The notes beneath the pieces were generated by a model, which had not been told where the DNA came from, ran no database searches, and worked only from the letters and a program-made list of their open reading frames with translations. The translations under genes and the position numbers were made by a program. Below, in pieces: positions 7,155 to 15,695 of a DNA stretch of 20,586 bases. The stretch is from Caedimonas varicaedens. Its GTDB lineage: Bacteria > Pseudomonadota > Alphaproteobacteria > Caedimonadales > Caedimonadaceae. Where the stretch lies: assembly GCA_001192655.1 (NCBI GenBank), contig BBVC01000042.1:1-20586 (forward strand), written 5' to 3'. The stretch's first letter is position 1; every line of letters starts with the position of its first letter.

Positions 7155-9095
7155 TTAGTTTCTTGCATGAGTAGTACCATGTTTTGATTCTAAAGAAGAT
7201 TTCAAGCCAATATTCCAAACTTCAAGACAGAAAAATAACCAAACCTTCTTTAAATCATCCACTGTTCCATTATTCAGTGATTTTAGAATAAAATCCTTTG
7301 TAACCCTACAATCAAAGTATTCATAAATAAATGCGCTGTCACTCATAAAAACATCATGACAAAAAGCTTTAAGATCTGTTTTTAACCATTGAATAAATGG
7401 CACCTCGAATCCCTTTTTAGGGGCGCTGGCAATGTTGGCTGGAAGATATCTCTTGGCAAGCTGTCTTAGTAGAACTTTGCTATTAAGTGCAGTAGCTTTC
7501 AAATTATCAGGAAGAGATAGCCCAAATCTTACAAGCCTTTTATCTAAGAATGGAGATCTTACCTCCAAAGAATTTGCCATAGAGGCAATGTCCATTTTTA
7601 CAAGTAAGTCATAAGGCAGCTCGCATATCAAATCCATAAACATGCTTTTTTCTAATATACTAGTGAAGCTCTTGGCATGTAAAAGCTCATTCAGAAACGC
7701 AGAATTTCCGTCTAGTCTGGCTCCAAATTTAAAAAAATCACTCCTATTTAAACCTTGACCACGTTGGTATAAGAAAGCATCTAGTTCATCAAGCGATAAT
7801 ACCTCTGCTGCTCTTTTGATGAAATCGAGTTTTGATCTATAGAGGTTATTACTAGGCAAAAATGATTTGATAACTTTTCCAGATAACATGAGATTGCGTT
7901 TTGAGAAATATTTTTTAACGCGATCTTGGGCTGCTGATAGCTGATAACGCCTGTAACCCCCAAAAACTTCATCACCTCCATCACCAACAAGTGCCACTTT
8001 TAAAAAAGTAGAGGTATGCTTTGAGACATAATAAGATGGAATGGCAGAGGCATCTGCAAAAGGTTCTCCATACATTGAAAGTATGTTCACTATATTGTCT
8101 TTTAGCTCACTCTGATTAATTATGATTTTGTTAATTTTAGATCCATACTTTTCTGCAACTTCACTTGCGAGATTGATTTCATCTAAATCTTCTGCATCAG
8201 AAGAAAAAGAAAAGGCTTGAATACCGGGTTTAAGTTGAGCAGCAAGAGCCATAATAAGTCCACTATCGATACCCCCGGAGAGAAACACACCAACGTCAAC
8301 ATCAGAACGAAGTCTTAATTTTATGGAATCTCTGAGTAAAACATCTAACTCTTCAAGAGCTTCATTTGAAGTGGTAATTTGTTTACTTTGAGGGATTTGC
8401 AGTTTATCATATGGTGTCAATGTGACGTTCAGGTTTCCATCCACACATAGAGAGTACCCTGGCGGAAGCTCTTTTATTTCCTCATATATAGTGTTTGTTC
8501 CCGGGATGTAACCAAGTGACATAAAATCAGAAATACTTTCTGATTTTATGTTTAATTTATTTAAGCCTATAAAGTGGGCAAGAGGTTTTATTTCAGATGA
8601 GAATGTAAATGCTCCATCTATTAATGAATAGTATAGTGGTTTTTCGCCAAGTAAGTCTCTGCTCAAAAATAGATTTTTTCTTTTATTATCCCATAATGCA
8701 AAAGCAAACATACCATTCAAGTGGATGGGAGTATCATTTCCTTTTTCTAGATATAGTTTATAAATAACTTCAGTATCACTTTTAGATAAGAAAGAATATT
8801 TACTCAAATAATCATTGTGAAGCTCAAGGTAATTATAGATTTCTCCATTATAAGTCAAAACATTCCCATATTTATTGTCGATAAATGGTTGATGACCTTT
8901 ATCAGTAACATCTATAATCGATAAGCGTCGATGACCAAGAATTAATCCATGTTCTGCAGATGACCATATGCCAGCTCCATCAGGTCCTCGATGAGCAAGT
9001 AAGTTTAAAGCGCAGTTGACTTTTTCTTTGTGCTCATGAATAGACTGATGGTTTCCTTTCAAGTATGGTGATAAAACTCCAAATATACCGCACAT
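7155..9095 (-). CDS. Asparagine synthase (glutamine-hydrolysing) family amidotransferase, glycan-locus type (WbpS/WbtH-like)
   Basis: 646 aa starting 'MCGIFGV', the Ntn glutaminase nucleophile Cys2. The PP-loop ATP-pyrophosphatase motif 'VFLSGGIDSGLI' is present. A GGAAGG Shine-Dalgarno lies upstream. It is the last gene of the minus-strand glycan operon. Confidence 0.88.
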   Translation of the reverse strand: MCGIFGVLSPYLKGNHQSIHEHKEKVNCALNLLAHRGPDGAGIWSSAEHGLILGHRRLSIIDVTDKGHQPFIDNKYGNVLTYNGEIYNYLELHNDYLSKYSFLSKSDTEVIYKLYLEKGNDTPIHLNGMFAFALWDNKRKNLFLSRDLLGEKPLYYSLIDGAFTFSSEIKPLAHFIGLNKLNIKSESISDFMSLGYIPGTNTIYEEIKELPPGYSLCVDGNLNVTLTPYDKLQIPQSKQITTSNEALEELDVLLRDSIKLRLRSDVDVGVFLSGGIDSGLIMALAAQLKPGIQAFSFSSDAEDLDEINLASEVAEKYGSKINKIIINQSELKDNIVNILSMYGEPFADASAIPSYYVSKHTSTFLKVALVGDGGDEVFGGYRRYQLSAAQDRVKKYFSKRNLMLSGKVIKSFLPSNNLYRSKLDFIKRAAEVLSLDELDAFLYQRGQGLNRSDFFKFGARLDGNSAFLNELLHAKSFTSILEKSMFMDLICELPYDLLVKMDIASMANSLEVRSPFLDKRLVRFGLSLPDNLKATALNSKVLLRQLAKRYLPANIASAPKKGFEVPFIQWLKTDLKAFCHDVFMSDSAFIYEYFDCRVTKDFILKSLNNGTVDDLKKVWLFFCLEVWNIGLKSSLESKHGTTHARN

Positions 9096-9148
9096 CTAAT
9101 AAAGCCTTCCAATCTAAAAAGGTGATACCTAAAATTTGATTCGGAGAG

Positions 9149-10411
9149 TTAATCTTTATGGATCAGCATGCGCTTCTCGATTTGCGATGCACGCATGCTT
9201 GCTCTTTTGAAGTGAAATTCACTGTAGGAATTAGCTGACACCAAAGAAGCTTTTCTATAATAGTTTAACGCCATATTTACCTTTCCCATTTCTTCATAGC
9301 ATCGACCCATAAAGTAAAGAACTGGTTTAGGTTTAAATGATTCAGACTTATCAATTTGAATCAAAGTTTGAAATTGTTCAAGTGCCTCCGAGTACTTTTT
9401 TGTTTTATATAAGGAAAAACCATAATAATATAGTGAATACAACTTATGACGGTAGTTTATAGATGATCTAGAGAGCCTTTTGTAAATCTTTTCCGCTTCA
9501 TTATAGTCTTCGATAAGCTGATGATGTCTGGCTTTTAAAAGATCATAAGATTCATTTAATTCTTTGTTCGTGAGATTATCCTGATTACTGAATAAGTTAA
9601 GAATGTTTACAGAAATAAATCCGGTAGTTTTTGGAGACTCAGTCTCAATATAGCTTGTCTCCTTGTAATGAGAAATTTTTCCATCCAAATAAGATAAGTA
9701 AAGCATTTGAATAAAACGTGCATACCATTTTCCTAAATAATTTAATAAAAATCTATTAATGTCTGCAATAAAAAAACAAATACCAGATGTTGGATCAACA
9801 TCTTCTCTAATTTCATATTTATATATGTAATCAACCGGTGTATATAACTTATTCATATAATTAAAAATTTCATTTTTGTCAGGGAATGATTTTTGTATGG
9901 ACAGTATTCCAAGTCTTTTTATTAAGAAATCTTTATCATTTTTTATGTGAGACAAGAGTTCTTCATATGTCAATAATTCACCCAGATCATTAACGTAAAC
10001 AATTCCTCCAAAAGGCTCAAAAACAATCCACTTTCCATCTATATTGATTTCAAGAAAGGCATGAAGCTTAGAATGTACTAATCTAGATTTGAGACCTGCT
10101 TTTTTTAGAAGTTTTGCAGCTATTAACGATTGAACACTGCACAAACCATTGCCATGCAGGAGTGCAGCCAACTCATTTGTGGGAGCATGTGAGCAGCCAT
10201 CTGAGGTTATATTCTCTGCTATATACTCAGCAAGGTTTTCAATGGTTTCTCTGTCATTCCGACCTTTTATATATTTATTTGCAATGCAAGTAAAAACAAC
10301 ATCTTCGTACACATAATTAAGGTATTTAACATAAATAAATTTGAACAAAATTATAAAAGACAATAAAAGTGGAATAAGAAGATAGATTTTTTTCATTTTA
10401 AGTAATCTCAT
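9149..10411 (-). CDS. Membrane-anchored transglutaminase-like cysteine-protease-fold protein with C-terminal TPR repeats (function unknown)
   Basis: 420 aa with an N-terminal signal-anchor helix (KKIYLLIPLLLSFIILFKFIYV). The core 'GNGLCSVQSLIAAKLLKKAGLKSRLVHSKLHAFLEINIDGKWIVFEPFGG' fits the transglutaminase-like template C..(A/S)..L...LR..G(I/L).(A/S)R.V......HAW.E......W...DP. Putative catalytic residues are Cys91 (10139-10141), His117 (10061-10063) and Glu132 (10016-10018). The C-terminal ~100 aa have TPR-like periodicity (YNEAEKIYKRL..., YSEALEQFQTLIQID, GRCYEEMGKVNMALNYYRKA). The start is either 10411 or the ATG at 10396, which is 1 nt after the GT4 stop. Confidence 0.6.
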   Translation of the reverse strand: MRLLKMKKIYLLIPLLLSFIILFKFIYVKYLNYVYEDVVFTCIANKYIKGRNDRETIENLAEYIAENITSDGCSHAPTNELAALLHGNGLCSVQSLIAAKLLKKAGLKSRLVHSKLHAFLEINIDGKWIVFEPFGGIVYVNDLGELLTYEELLSHIKNDKDFLIKRLGILSIQKSFPDKNEIFNYMNKLYTPVDYIYKYEIREDVDPTSGICFFIADINRFLLNYLGKWYARFIQMLYLSYLDGKISHYKETSYIETESPKTTGFISVNILNLFSNQDNLTNKELNESYDLLKARHHQLIEDYNEAEKIYKRLSRSSINYRHKLYSLYYYGFSLYKTKKYSEALEQFQTLIQIDKSESFKPKPVLYFMGRCYEEMGKVNMALNYYRKASLVSANSYSEFHFKRASMRASQIEKRMLIHKD

Positions 10412-11555
10412 ATAATTTTTTTTGTATATCTCTTATGAGGTTCTTATGAGAAAATTTCTTTTCAGCGAGAATCCTTGATTTTTGACCAAAAATTTCTCTT
10501 TTTTTATCGTCCAAAGCTAAATCTGAAATTGCATTGGCAAGCGCATCTGCATCACCAGGGGGAACAAGGTAACCATTCACACCAGACTCTACAACTTCCC
10601 TACAACCAATAACATTTGTCGTAACAACAGGTTTTGAAAATGCTAAAGCTTCGATAAGACTTCTTGGAACTCCTTCTCTAACTTTAGAGGGGAGAACTAC
10701 AATCGATGCCATTTTAAAAAAAGTTTTAATGTTAGAATGAAAATCAGACTCCCAAATTAAATTGCTGGGTATTAATTTTTTCATTTCTTCCACATCAACA
10801 CTGTCATATGTTCCCTCATCTAGAGGGGAAACCATTAAAAACCGCCATCCTTTTAAGTTCTTACATTTCCTGGAAGCCTCAATGAACTCTAGCAGCCCTT
10901 TAGTGAGAATCAACCGTGCTGTTACCATGAGAACAATTTTTTCTCCAGGGATTATTCCCAACTTATTAGTTATAAATTTTATCTTTTCTTCAGTGACATT
11001 ATCTTCCTGAAACTCTTCTAAATTTATTCCACTCCCATAAAGAAGGACAGTTTTATCCGGACTAACAAGCCCCTTCGAAACAAAATCTGCCATATCATCA
11101 GGATTTTGAAACCATACTTTAGTGTTTAATCTTAGAGACAGCCTATAGAGAAAAGATACAATAGGTGTCAGTATTTTTTTCTTGAAAGATGTTGTTTCTT
11201 GAAAGATATATCCAAGCCCGGAAATCAAACTCACTATCTTTGGTACGCCACACAAATAAGCTGCCAAACCACCATAAATGTTAGGTTTGATCGTTATATT
11301 ATGAACAATATCATATTTATTTCTTTTGAGAAAAAAAACTAATCTAAGGAAAAGTAATAAATCCTGCAAAGGAGAGATAAATCTAGAAAACTGAATGGTA
11401 TGAACCTTACATCCGAGAGCCATGATTTGAGAAACATAATCTCCTGGCGGAACAATAACAGTAATGTCATAACCCCTACTAATAAGTCCAGAAATCAGAT
11501 CTTTTCTGAAATGAAACATTGAAAACGCTTCATTTCCAATCAGCAAAATTTTCAT
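10398..11555 (-). CDS. GT4-family (GT-B fold, retaining) glycosyltransferase
   Basis: 385 aa. The N-terminal 'MKILLIGNEA' resembles Glyco_trans_4. The C-terminal E-x7-E region is 'EGVPRSLIEALAFSKPVVTTNVIGCREVVESGVNGYLVPPGD'. Its ATG directly abuts the upstream dehydrogenase stop (TAAATG), and its 3' end overlaps the next ORF. Confidence 0.88.
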   Translation of the reverse strand: MKILLIGNEAFSMFHFRKDLISGLISRGYDITVIVPPGDYVSQIMALGCKVHTIQFSRFISPLQDLLLFLRLVFFLKRNKYDIVHNITIKPNIYGGLAAYLCGVPKIVSLISGLGYIFQETTSFKKKILTPIVSFLYRLSLRLNTKVWFQNPDDMADFVSKGLVSPDKTVLLYGSGINLEEFQEDNVTEEKIKFITNKLGIIPGEKIVLMVTARLILTKGLLEFIEASRKCKNLKGWRFLMVSPLDEGTYDSVDVEEMKKLIPSNLIWESDFHSNIKTFFKMASIVVLPSKVREGVPRSLIEALAFSKPVVTTNVIGCREVVESGVNGYLVPPGDADALANAISDLALDDKKREIFGQKSRILAEKKFSHKNLIRDIQKKLYEIT

Positions 11556-12851
11556 TTATAACCTAACATACTCTATATTTTCGTTCATAAACGAGCTTTT
11601 ATTAAACATCCCTTTAACGTCAAAAATTAGAGAACCACCACCTTTTAAGGATTTTGTAAAATAATTCGGACCAAGTTCCCTATAGTAGTCGTGGCAAACC
11701 GCAACAATAGCAACATCCAAATCGACCATTTCATCAATCTTGTTCATTGAACGGCCGTATTCTTCCGCAACTGAATCATCATAAACTAATGGATCATGGA
11801 TCAATGTATTTATATTTAATGACTGAAAGAATTTATATATGTCTTCGACTTTACTATTTCTAATATCAGGACAGTTTTCTTTAAAACCAAGACCAAATAT
11901 CCCAATATTTAATGAAAAAAAGTTTTTCTTTTTTTCTATTAACTTTTTAATAATAATTTCACCAATATGAGTACCCATACTATCATTAGTCTCGCGGCCA
12001 CAAAGAATCACGTGGGGCTTCACCCCTAAGAGTGTGGCTTTATAAGTAAGATAATATGGATCTATTCCGATACAATGGCCACCTACAAGACCTGGGATAA
12101 AATTCAGAAAATTCCATTTTGTACTTGCGGCTTCCAGAACTTCAAGAGTATCTATCCCCATTTTTTCGAAAATGATAGATAATTCATTTACGAAGGCTAT
12201 ATTGATATCTCTTTGTGAATTTTCAATAACTTTTGCCGCTTCTGCAACCTTTATAGAAGAGGCTTTATGTATGCCCGCCTCAACTACCGTTGAATACACA
12301 TTGGAAAGAACCTCAAGGGACTTATCTGTTTGAGCAGATACTATTTTTTTGATTGTCTTCAGTGTGTGCTTTTTATCTCCAGGATTAATCCTTTCTGGAG
12401 AGTAGCCTACAAAGAAATCCTTGCCCGCTACCAAATGTGACTTGCTTTCAAGTATTGGGATGCAATAATCTTCAGTTACACCAGGATAAACCGTAGATTC
12501 ATAAACGACTATATCGTTTTCACTAAGAAGCTCACCCACAATGGTTGATGCCGACTCTAAAAATCCCAAATCTGGATTATTTGTACGGTCAAGTGGAGTA
12601 GGAACAGTAACTATATAAAAGTTAACATCCTTTAATTCTTTGGCACTATTTGTATATTTGAGAGATGATTTTTGAAGATCAGCCTGAGAAATTTCATGGG
12701 TTCTATCATGCCCATTTTTTAGTTCTGTAATACGCCTTTCATTTAAATCAAATCCAATCACTGGAAAATGTTCTGATAAAGCATGGGCTAATGGTAATCC
12801 AACATAGCCTAATCCAATAACGCCTATTCTTATTTGGGTATTATCTATCAT
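11556..12851 (-). CDS. Nucleotide-sugar 6-dehydrogenase, TviB/WbpO/Cap5O-like (UDP-N-acetylhexosamine dehydrogenase type)
   Basis: 431 aa. The N-terminal Rossmann motif 'IGVIGLGYVGLPLAHAL...VIGFDLNERRITELKNGHD' closely resembles Vi-antigen TviB 'IAIIGLGYVGLPLA...VVGFDVNKKRILELKNGVD' (from memory). The catalytic Cys motif is 'GGHCIGIDPYYL'. The UDPG_MGDP_dh C-terminal region is present. Confidence 0.88.
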   Translation of the reverse strand: MIDNTQIRIGVIGLGYVGLPLAHALSEHFPVIGFDLNERRITELKNGHDRTHEISQADLQKSSLKYTNSAKELKDVNFYIVTVPTPLDRTNNPDLGFLESASTIVGELLSENDIVVYESTVYPGVTEDYCIPILESKSHLVAGKDFFVGYSPERINPGDKKHTLKTIKKIVSAQTDKSLEVLSNVYSTVVEAGIHKASSIKVAEAAKVIENSQRDINIAFVNELSIIFEKMGIDTLEVLEAASTKWNFLNFIPGLVGGHCIGIDPYYLTYKATLLGVKPHVILCGRETNDSMGTHIGEIIIKKLIEKKKNFFSLNIGIFGLGFKENCPDIRNSKVEDIYKFFQSLNINTLIHDPLVYDDSVAEEYGRSMNKIDEMVDLDVAIVAVCHDYYRELGPNYFTKSLKGGGSLIFDVKGMFNKSSFMNENIEYVRL

Positions 12852-12865
12852 GACTGTAAACCTTA

Positions 12866-13490
12866 TTAACTTAATAAATATTTTGCTCTATCAATAACTT
12901 GTGCAACTGAAGGATAGTAACCCTTCTCCAGGAAAGATGATGTGGGCACAAGGCAATCTAGCAGTGTAACTCTCTGTGGTTTTGACTTCAATAATGAGAG
13001 ATCTAACCTTTCAACAACGGAGGCGATAACTTCTCCTGCCATACCACATAGTTTCCATCCGCCATTAAGACATAGCAAACGTCCTGTACTTAATGATAAC
13101 TACCTCTACTGAAATTCCATCTTGAGTAAGAGCTTTTGCAGCTTTTTCAAAAAAAGTAGAATATCCCAATGGGAACATCATTTTCATGTGACAAAAATTA
13201 AGTTTTAACAGCCTCTGTAGATGTACCCCCAAAGAACTTGGGTTCAAATCGATAGTCTTTGCCCACACATAGCGCTGAACCATACGATCGATTTGCTTTT
13301 GAGAGATATCATCTCCTGCAAGTTCTGTGGCTTGAGAATAATTTGTTTCAACTTAACCTCAACGATGTGTCACAACTTCAAAGGCGGCAAGAGGAGGAAC
13401 CAATTCTCCCCATACGAGCCTCCGTACGAGATCCTCAATCTGCGCCCATTTATAAGAGAACAACAACGTTTTGTAAAGTTTTTTCTTTAG
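12866..13490 (-). pseudogene. Decayed paralogue of the ThDP-dependent E1 alpha/beta pair: alpha C-terminal remnant fused to beta C-terminal remnant, with frameshifts and a large internal deletion
   Basis: ORF 12866-13078 (…NGGWKLCGMAGEVIASVVERLDLSLLKSKPQRVTLLDCLVPTSSFLEKGYYP…) aligns ungapped with the C-terminus of the intact E1 beta at 17862-18917 (…DGSWKNCGIAGEVIASVVERIDPRILKSKPSRITLPDSPAPTSKVLEDIYYP…). I count 34 of 70 identical residues. ORF 13065-13283 contains 'GYSTFFEKAAKALTQDGISVEVVII', matching beta 'GSSYSSYLAMQAAKELEKQRIFAEVIDL'. Hand translation of the minus strand at 13284-13490 gives 'SYKWAQIEDLVRRL' and 'LAGDDISQKQIDRM'. These resemble E1 alpha C-terminal 'IKAWKKRDPVQRL' and 'LEKNEIMSQKEFQQHL'. 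The pieces lie in different frames and are interrupted by stops, and roughly the first 200 aa of beta are absent. Confidence 0.7.
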
Positions 13491-13514
13491 AAATGACCGC
13501 AACATTGTCTCAAT

Positions 13515-13781
13515 CTACTTTCTCTCCTGAATGTCCTGTCTCATTTTATGTTGATGAGTGATGATTTTGTGTTTCAGGATTTCAATTTCAAGCTGCCACA
13601 GTAAAACCAGTAGAAAAAAAGCCGCGTAGGCGCCTGTCATCAAAAAAAGCGGAAGTATCATACTTTCATGAACAGCACTTCCCCCGACACGTAGAAAGCT
13701 GGCAGGCTGATGAAGCGTCGTCCACCAGGTCACAGACCATTTGATTACGGGAAGATTCAAAGCGCCAATCATCACCGTTTA
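13515..13781 (-). pseudogene. ccmC: 3' fragment of the heme exporter / cytochrome c maturation gene ccmC
   Basis: 'IGALNLPVIKWSVTWWTTLHQPASF' matches the conserved CcmC 'VG..N.PII.FSVEWWNTLHQ' motif, and is followed by the final TM helix. Only ~88 C-terminal codons are present, whereas full-length CcmC is about 240-260 aa. An in-frame stop lies immediately upstream (~13782-13784), and no CcmC-like sequence is visible further upstream. Confidence 0.7.
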
Positions 13782-14151
13782 CGACGGGGTTCATATTTTT
13801 CTTGAGACAGTGCGTAATTCACCAGTCTATAAATATTCTTGTGCAATCCTTGGATCTGCATAAAAAGACTTTCCTGAGTTGATGTTGAACTACCCTATCT
13901 TTAAGGTCTTCTATGGTTTCTTTGAATACTGGAAAACCTGTCTCTCATCTCTCTGAATTGAGACAACCTATGCATGAAAATTTTCTTAAAAAATTTAATA
14001 GACTTTACGAATCTTTCGAATAAGTTCAGAGAAATCAAGGTTATTCAGATTGCAGAAGAGCTCGTGCAAAACCGTATTTTCATCTTGCTTATTTTAAAAA
14101 ATACATATATGGTCTGTCCTAGTGATTTTTATGGCATTAACAATATAAATT

Positions 14152-14895
14152 ATGAAAAGAATTTTAGATCTTATCTTTTCTATTCTGGGCTTAATCATTC
14201 TTAGTCCGCTACTTTTGATCTGTATGTCCTTAATATGGCTACAAGATTATCATTCCCCTTTTTATTTAGGAGAAAGAGTTGGCAAGAATGGTAAGCGTTT
14301 TAAAATGATCAAATTAAGATCAATGGTTCAGGATGCAGATAAAACGGGTGTGGATTCAACCTCCGCAACAGATGTTAGGATTACGCCTTTAGGATCTTTT
14401 ATTCGGCGCTTCAAGTTAGATGAAATTCCCCAACTTTTGAATGTTATAAAAGGAGAAATGAGTCTGGTCGGGCCAAGGCCCAATGTAAGGCGTGAAGTTG
14501 ATTTATATACTGATGAAGAACTCAAACTTCTACGCGTAAATCCAGGCATTAGTGATATTGCTTCGATCGTTTTTTCTGATGAAGGAGAAATCCTCCAAAG
14601 TGAGGAGGATCCCGATATTTCCTATAATCAACTCATCCGTCCATGGAAAAGCAGATTAGGGCTATTTTATATTTCGCATCAAAATTTTTTGCTTGATTTA
14701 AAGGTTATTTGGATTACTGTCATTGCAATTGTTTCTCGAAAGGCTGCCTTAAAAAAAGTTGTTTCTTTGTTGTCTAACCTGAATGCACCAGATGATTTAA
14801 AGAAAATAAGCCTGCGTGAAGAAAAATTAGTAGCCACAGCTCCTCCAGGGACAAATGTTATTGTAAAGTCTCGCAGCACTGTTTCGAAAGGCTAG
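14152..14895 (+). CDS. Small monotopic phosphoglycosyl transferase (bacterial sugar transferase, PglC/WbaP-C-terminal type): initiating undecaprenyl-phosphate sugar-1-phosphate transferase
   Basis: 247 aa. The N-terminal re-entrant helix is 'KRILDLIFSILGLIILSPLLLICMSLIWL'. 'FKMIKLRSMV' is present, and the catalytic region 'LDEIPQLLNVIKGEMSLVGPRP' carries the Asp-Glu dyad. It is the first gene of the plus-strand operon. Confidence 0.88.
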   Translation: MKRILDLIFSILGLIILSPLLLICMSLIWLQDYHSPFYLGERVGKNGKRFKMIKLRSMVQDADKTGVDSTSATDVRITPLGSFIRRFKLDEIPQLLNVIKGEMSLVGPRPNVRREVDLYTDEELKLLRVNPGISDIASIVFSDEGEILQSEEDPDISYNQLIRPWKSRLGLFYISHQNFLLDLKVIWITVIAIVSRKAALKKVVSLLSNLNAPDDLKKISLREEKLVATAPPGTNVIVKSRSTVSKG

Positions 14896-14908
14896 GAAAG
14901 CAACAAAC

Positions 14909-15679
14909 GTGGACTATAAAGATGTTACGGAATTATCTGGTGAAGAGATCTCCCAAGAGCAACTACAACGGATTTGTAATCGATATTATTGGGCGGGAAG
15001 CTATTGTCAAGGCAAAGACACACTTGAAGTTGCTTGTGGAACGGGGCCAGGGCTAGGATATCTGTCACGAATTTCCCAGAGGCTTGTGGCAGGAGACATT
15101 TCTGAGGAAATTTTAAGTATTGCTCGTCTTCATTATGAAGAACGAGTTGATATTCAGCAGTTTGATGCTTCAAGTATGCCTTTTCCCAATCAATCTTTTG
15201 ATGTTGTGCTTATCTTTGAAGCTATTTATTATTTGCCAAATGTGGAACAATTTATGAAAGAGTGTAGGAGAATTCTGCGTCCTGCAGGTATCCTCTTAAT
15301 TGTGACAGCCAATAAGGATCTCTATGATTTTAATCCTAGTCCTTATAGCTATGGCTATTATGGCGTCCTCGAATTAGAGAGATTACTGAGCACCCATAAT
15401 TTCGAAGCGACTTTTTACGGTAGCACATCTGTAAAAACAACCTCATTTAAACAAAAGATTTTTAGACCAATGAAAAAAATAGCTTCTGCTCTCAATCTTA
15501 TTCCCCAAACAATGAAGAGAAAATCATGTCTTAAAAGACTTGTGTTTGGAAAATTAGTTCCTATGCCTTATGAAATTGATAGCTCAACAAGAAATTACGA
15601 GCCACCCGTGTCCCTAGTTTCAGACCATCCTGACAGGGTTCATAAAGTTATTTTTTGCGCAGCTCATATGAAAAACTGA
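14909..15679 (+). CDS. Class I SAM-dependent methyltransferase
   Basis: 256 aa with a GTG start. Motif I is 'LEVACGTGPGLGYL', post-I is 'LVAGDISEEIL', and later motifs are 'FDVVLIFEAIYYL' and 'LRPAGILLIV'. It starts 13 nt after the transferase stop. Confidence 0.8.
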   Translation: MDYKDVTELSGEEISQEQLQRICNRYYWAGSYCQGKDTLEVACGTGPGLGYLSRISQRLVAGDISEEILSIARLHYEERVDIQQFDASSMPFPNQSFDVVLIFEAIYYLPNVEQFMKECRRILRPAGILLIVTANKDLYDFNPSPYSYGYYGVLELERLLSTHNFEATFYGSTSVKTTSFKQKIFRPMKKIASALNLIPQTMKRKSCLKRLVFGKLVPMPYEIDSSTRNYEPPVSLVSDHPDRVHKVIFCAAHMKN

Positions 15680-15695
15680 TAGAAAGGATAAATTT

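Noticed and set aside
7432-11010. Short ORFs within the asnB-like and GT4 genes, antisense or in an alternative frame (7432-7614, 7781-7990, 10762-11010)
   Set aside because: They are shadow ORFs in AT-rich coding DNA and have no independent support.
13221-13561. Plus-strand ORFs 13221-13490 and 13259-13561
   Set aside because: They lie opposite the E1 alpha/beta pseudogene remnant and the ccmC fragment. The minus-strand frames carry recognisable homology, while the plus-strand translations carry none.
13974-14204. 76-aa ORF overlapping the start of the phosphoglycosyl transferase
   Set aside because: Its sequence is low-complexity and AT-driven. It overlaps a well-supported CDS start in another frame.
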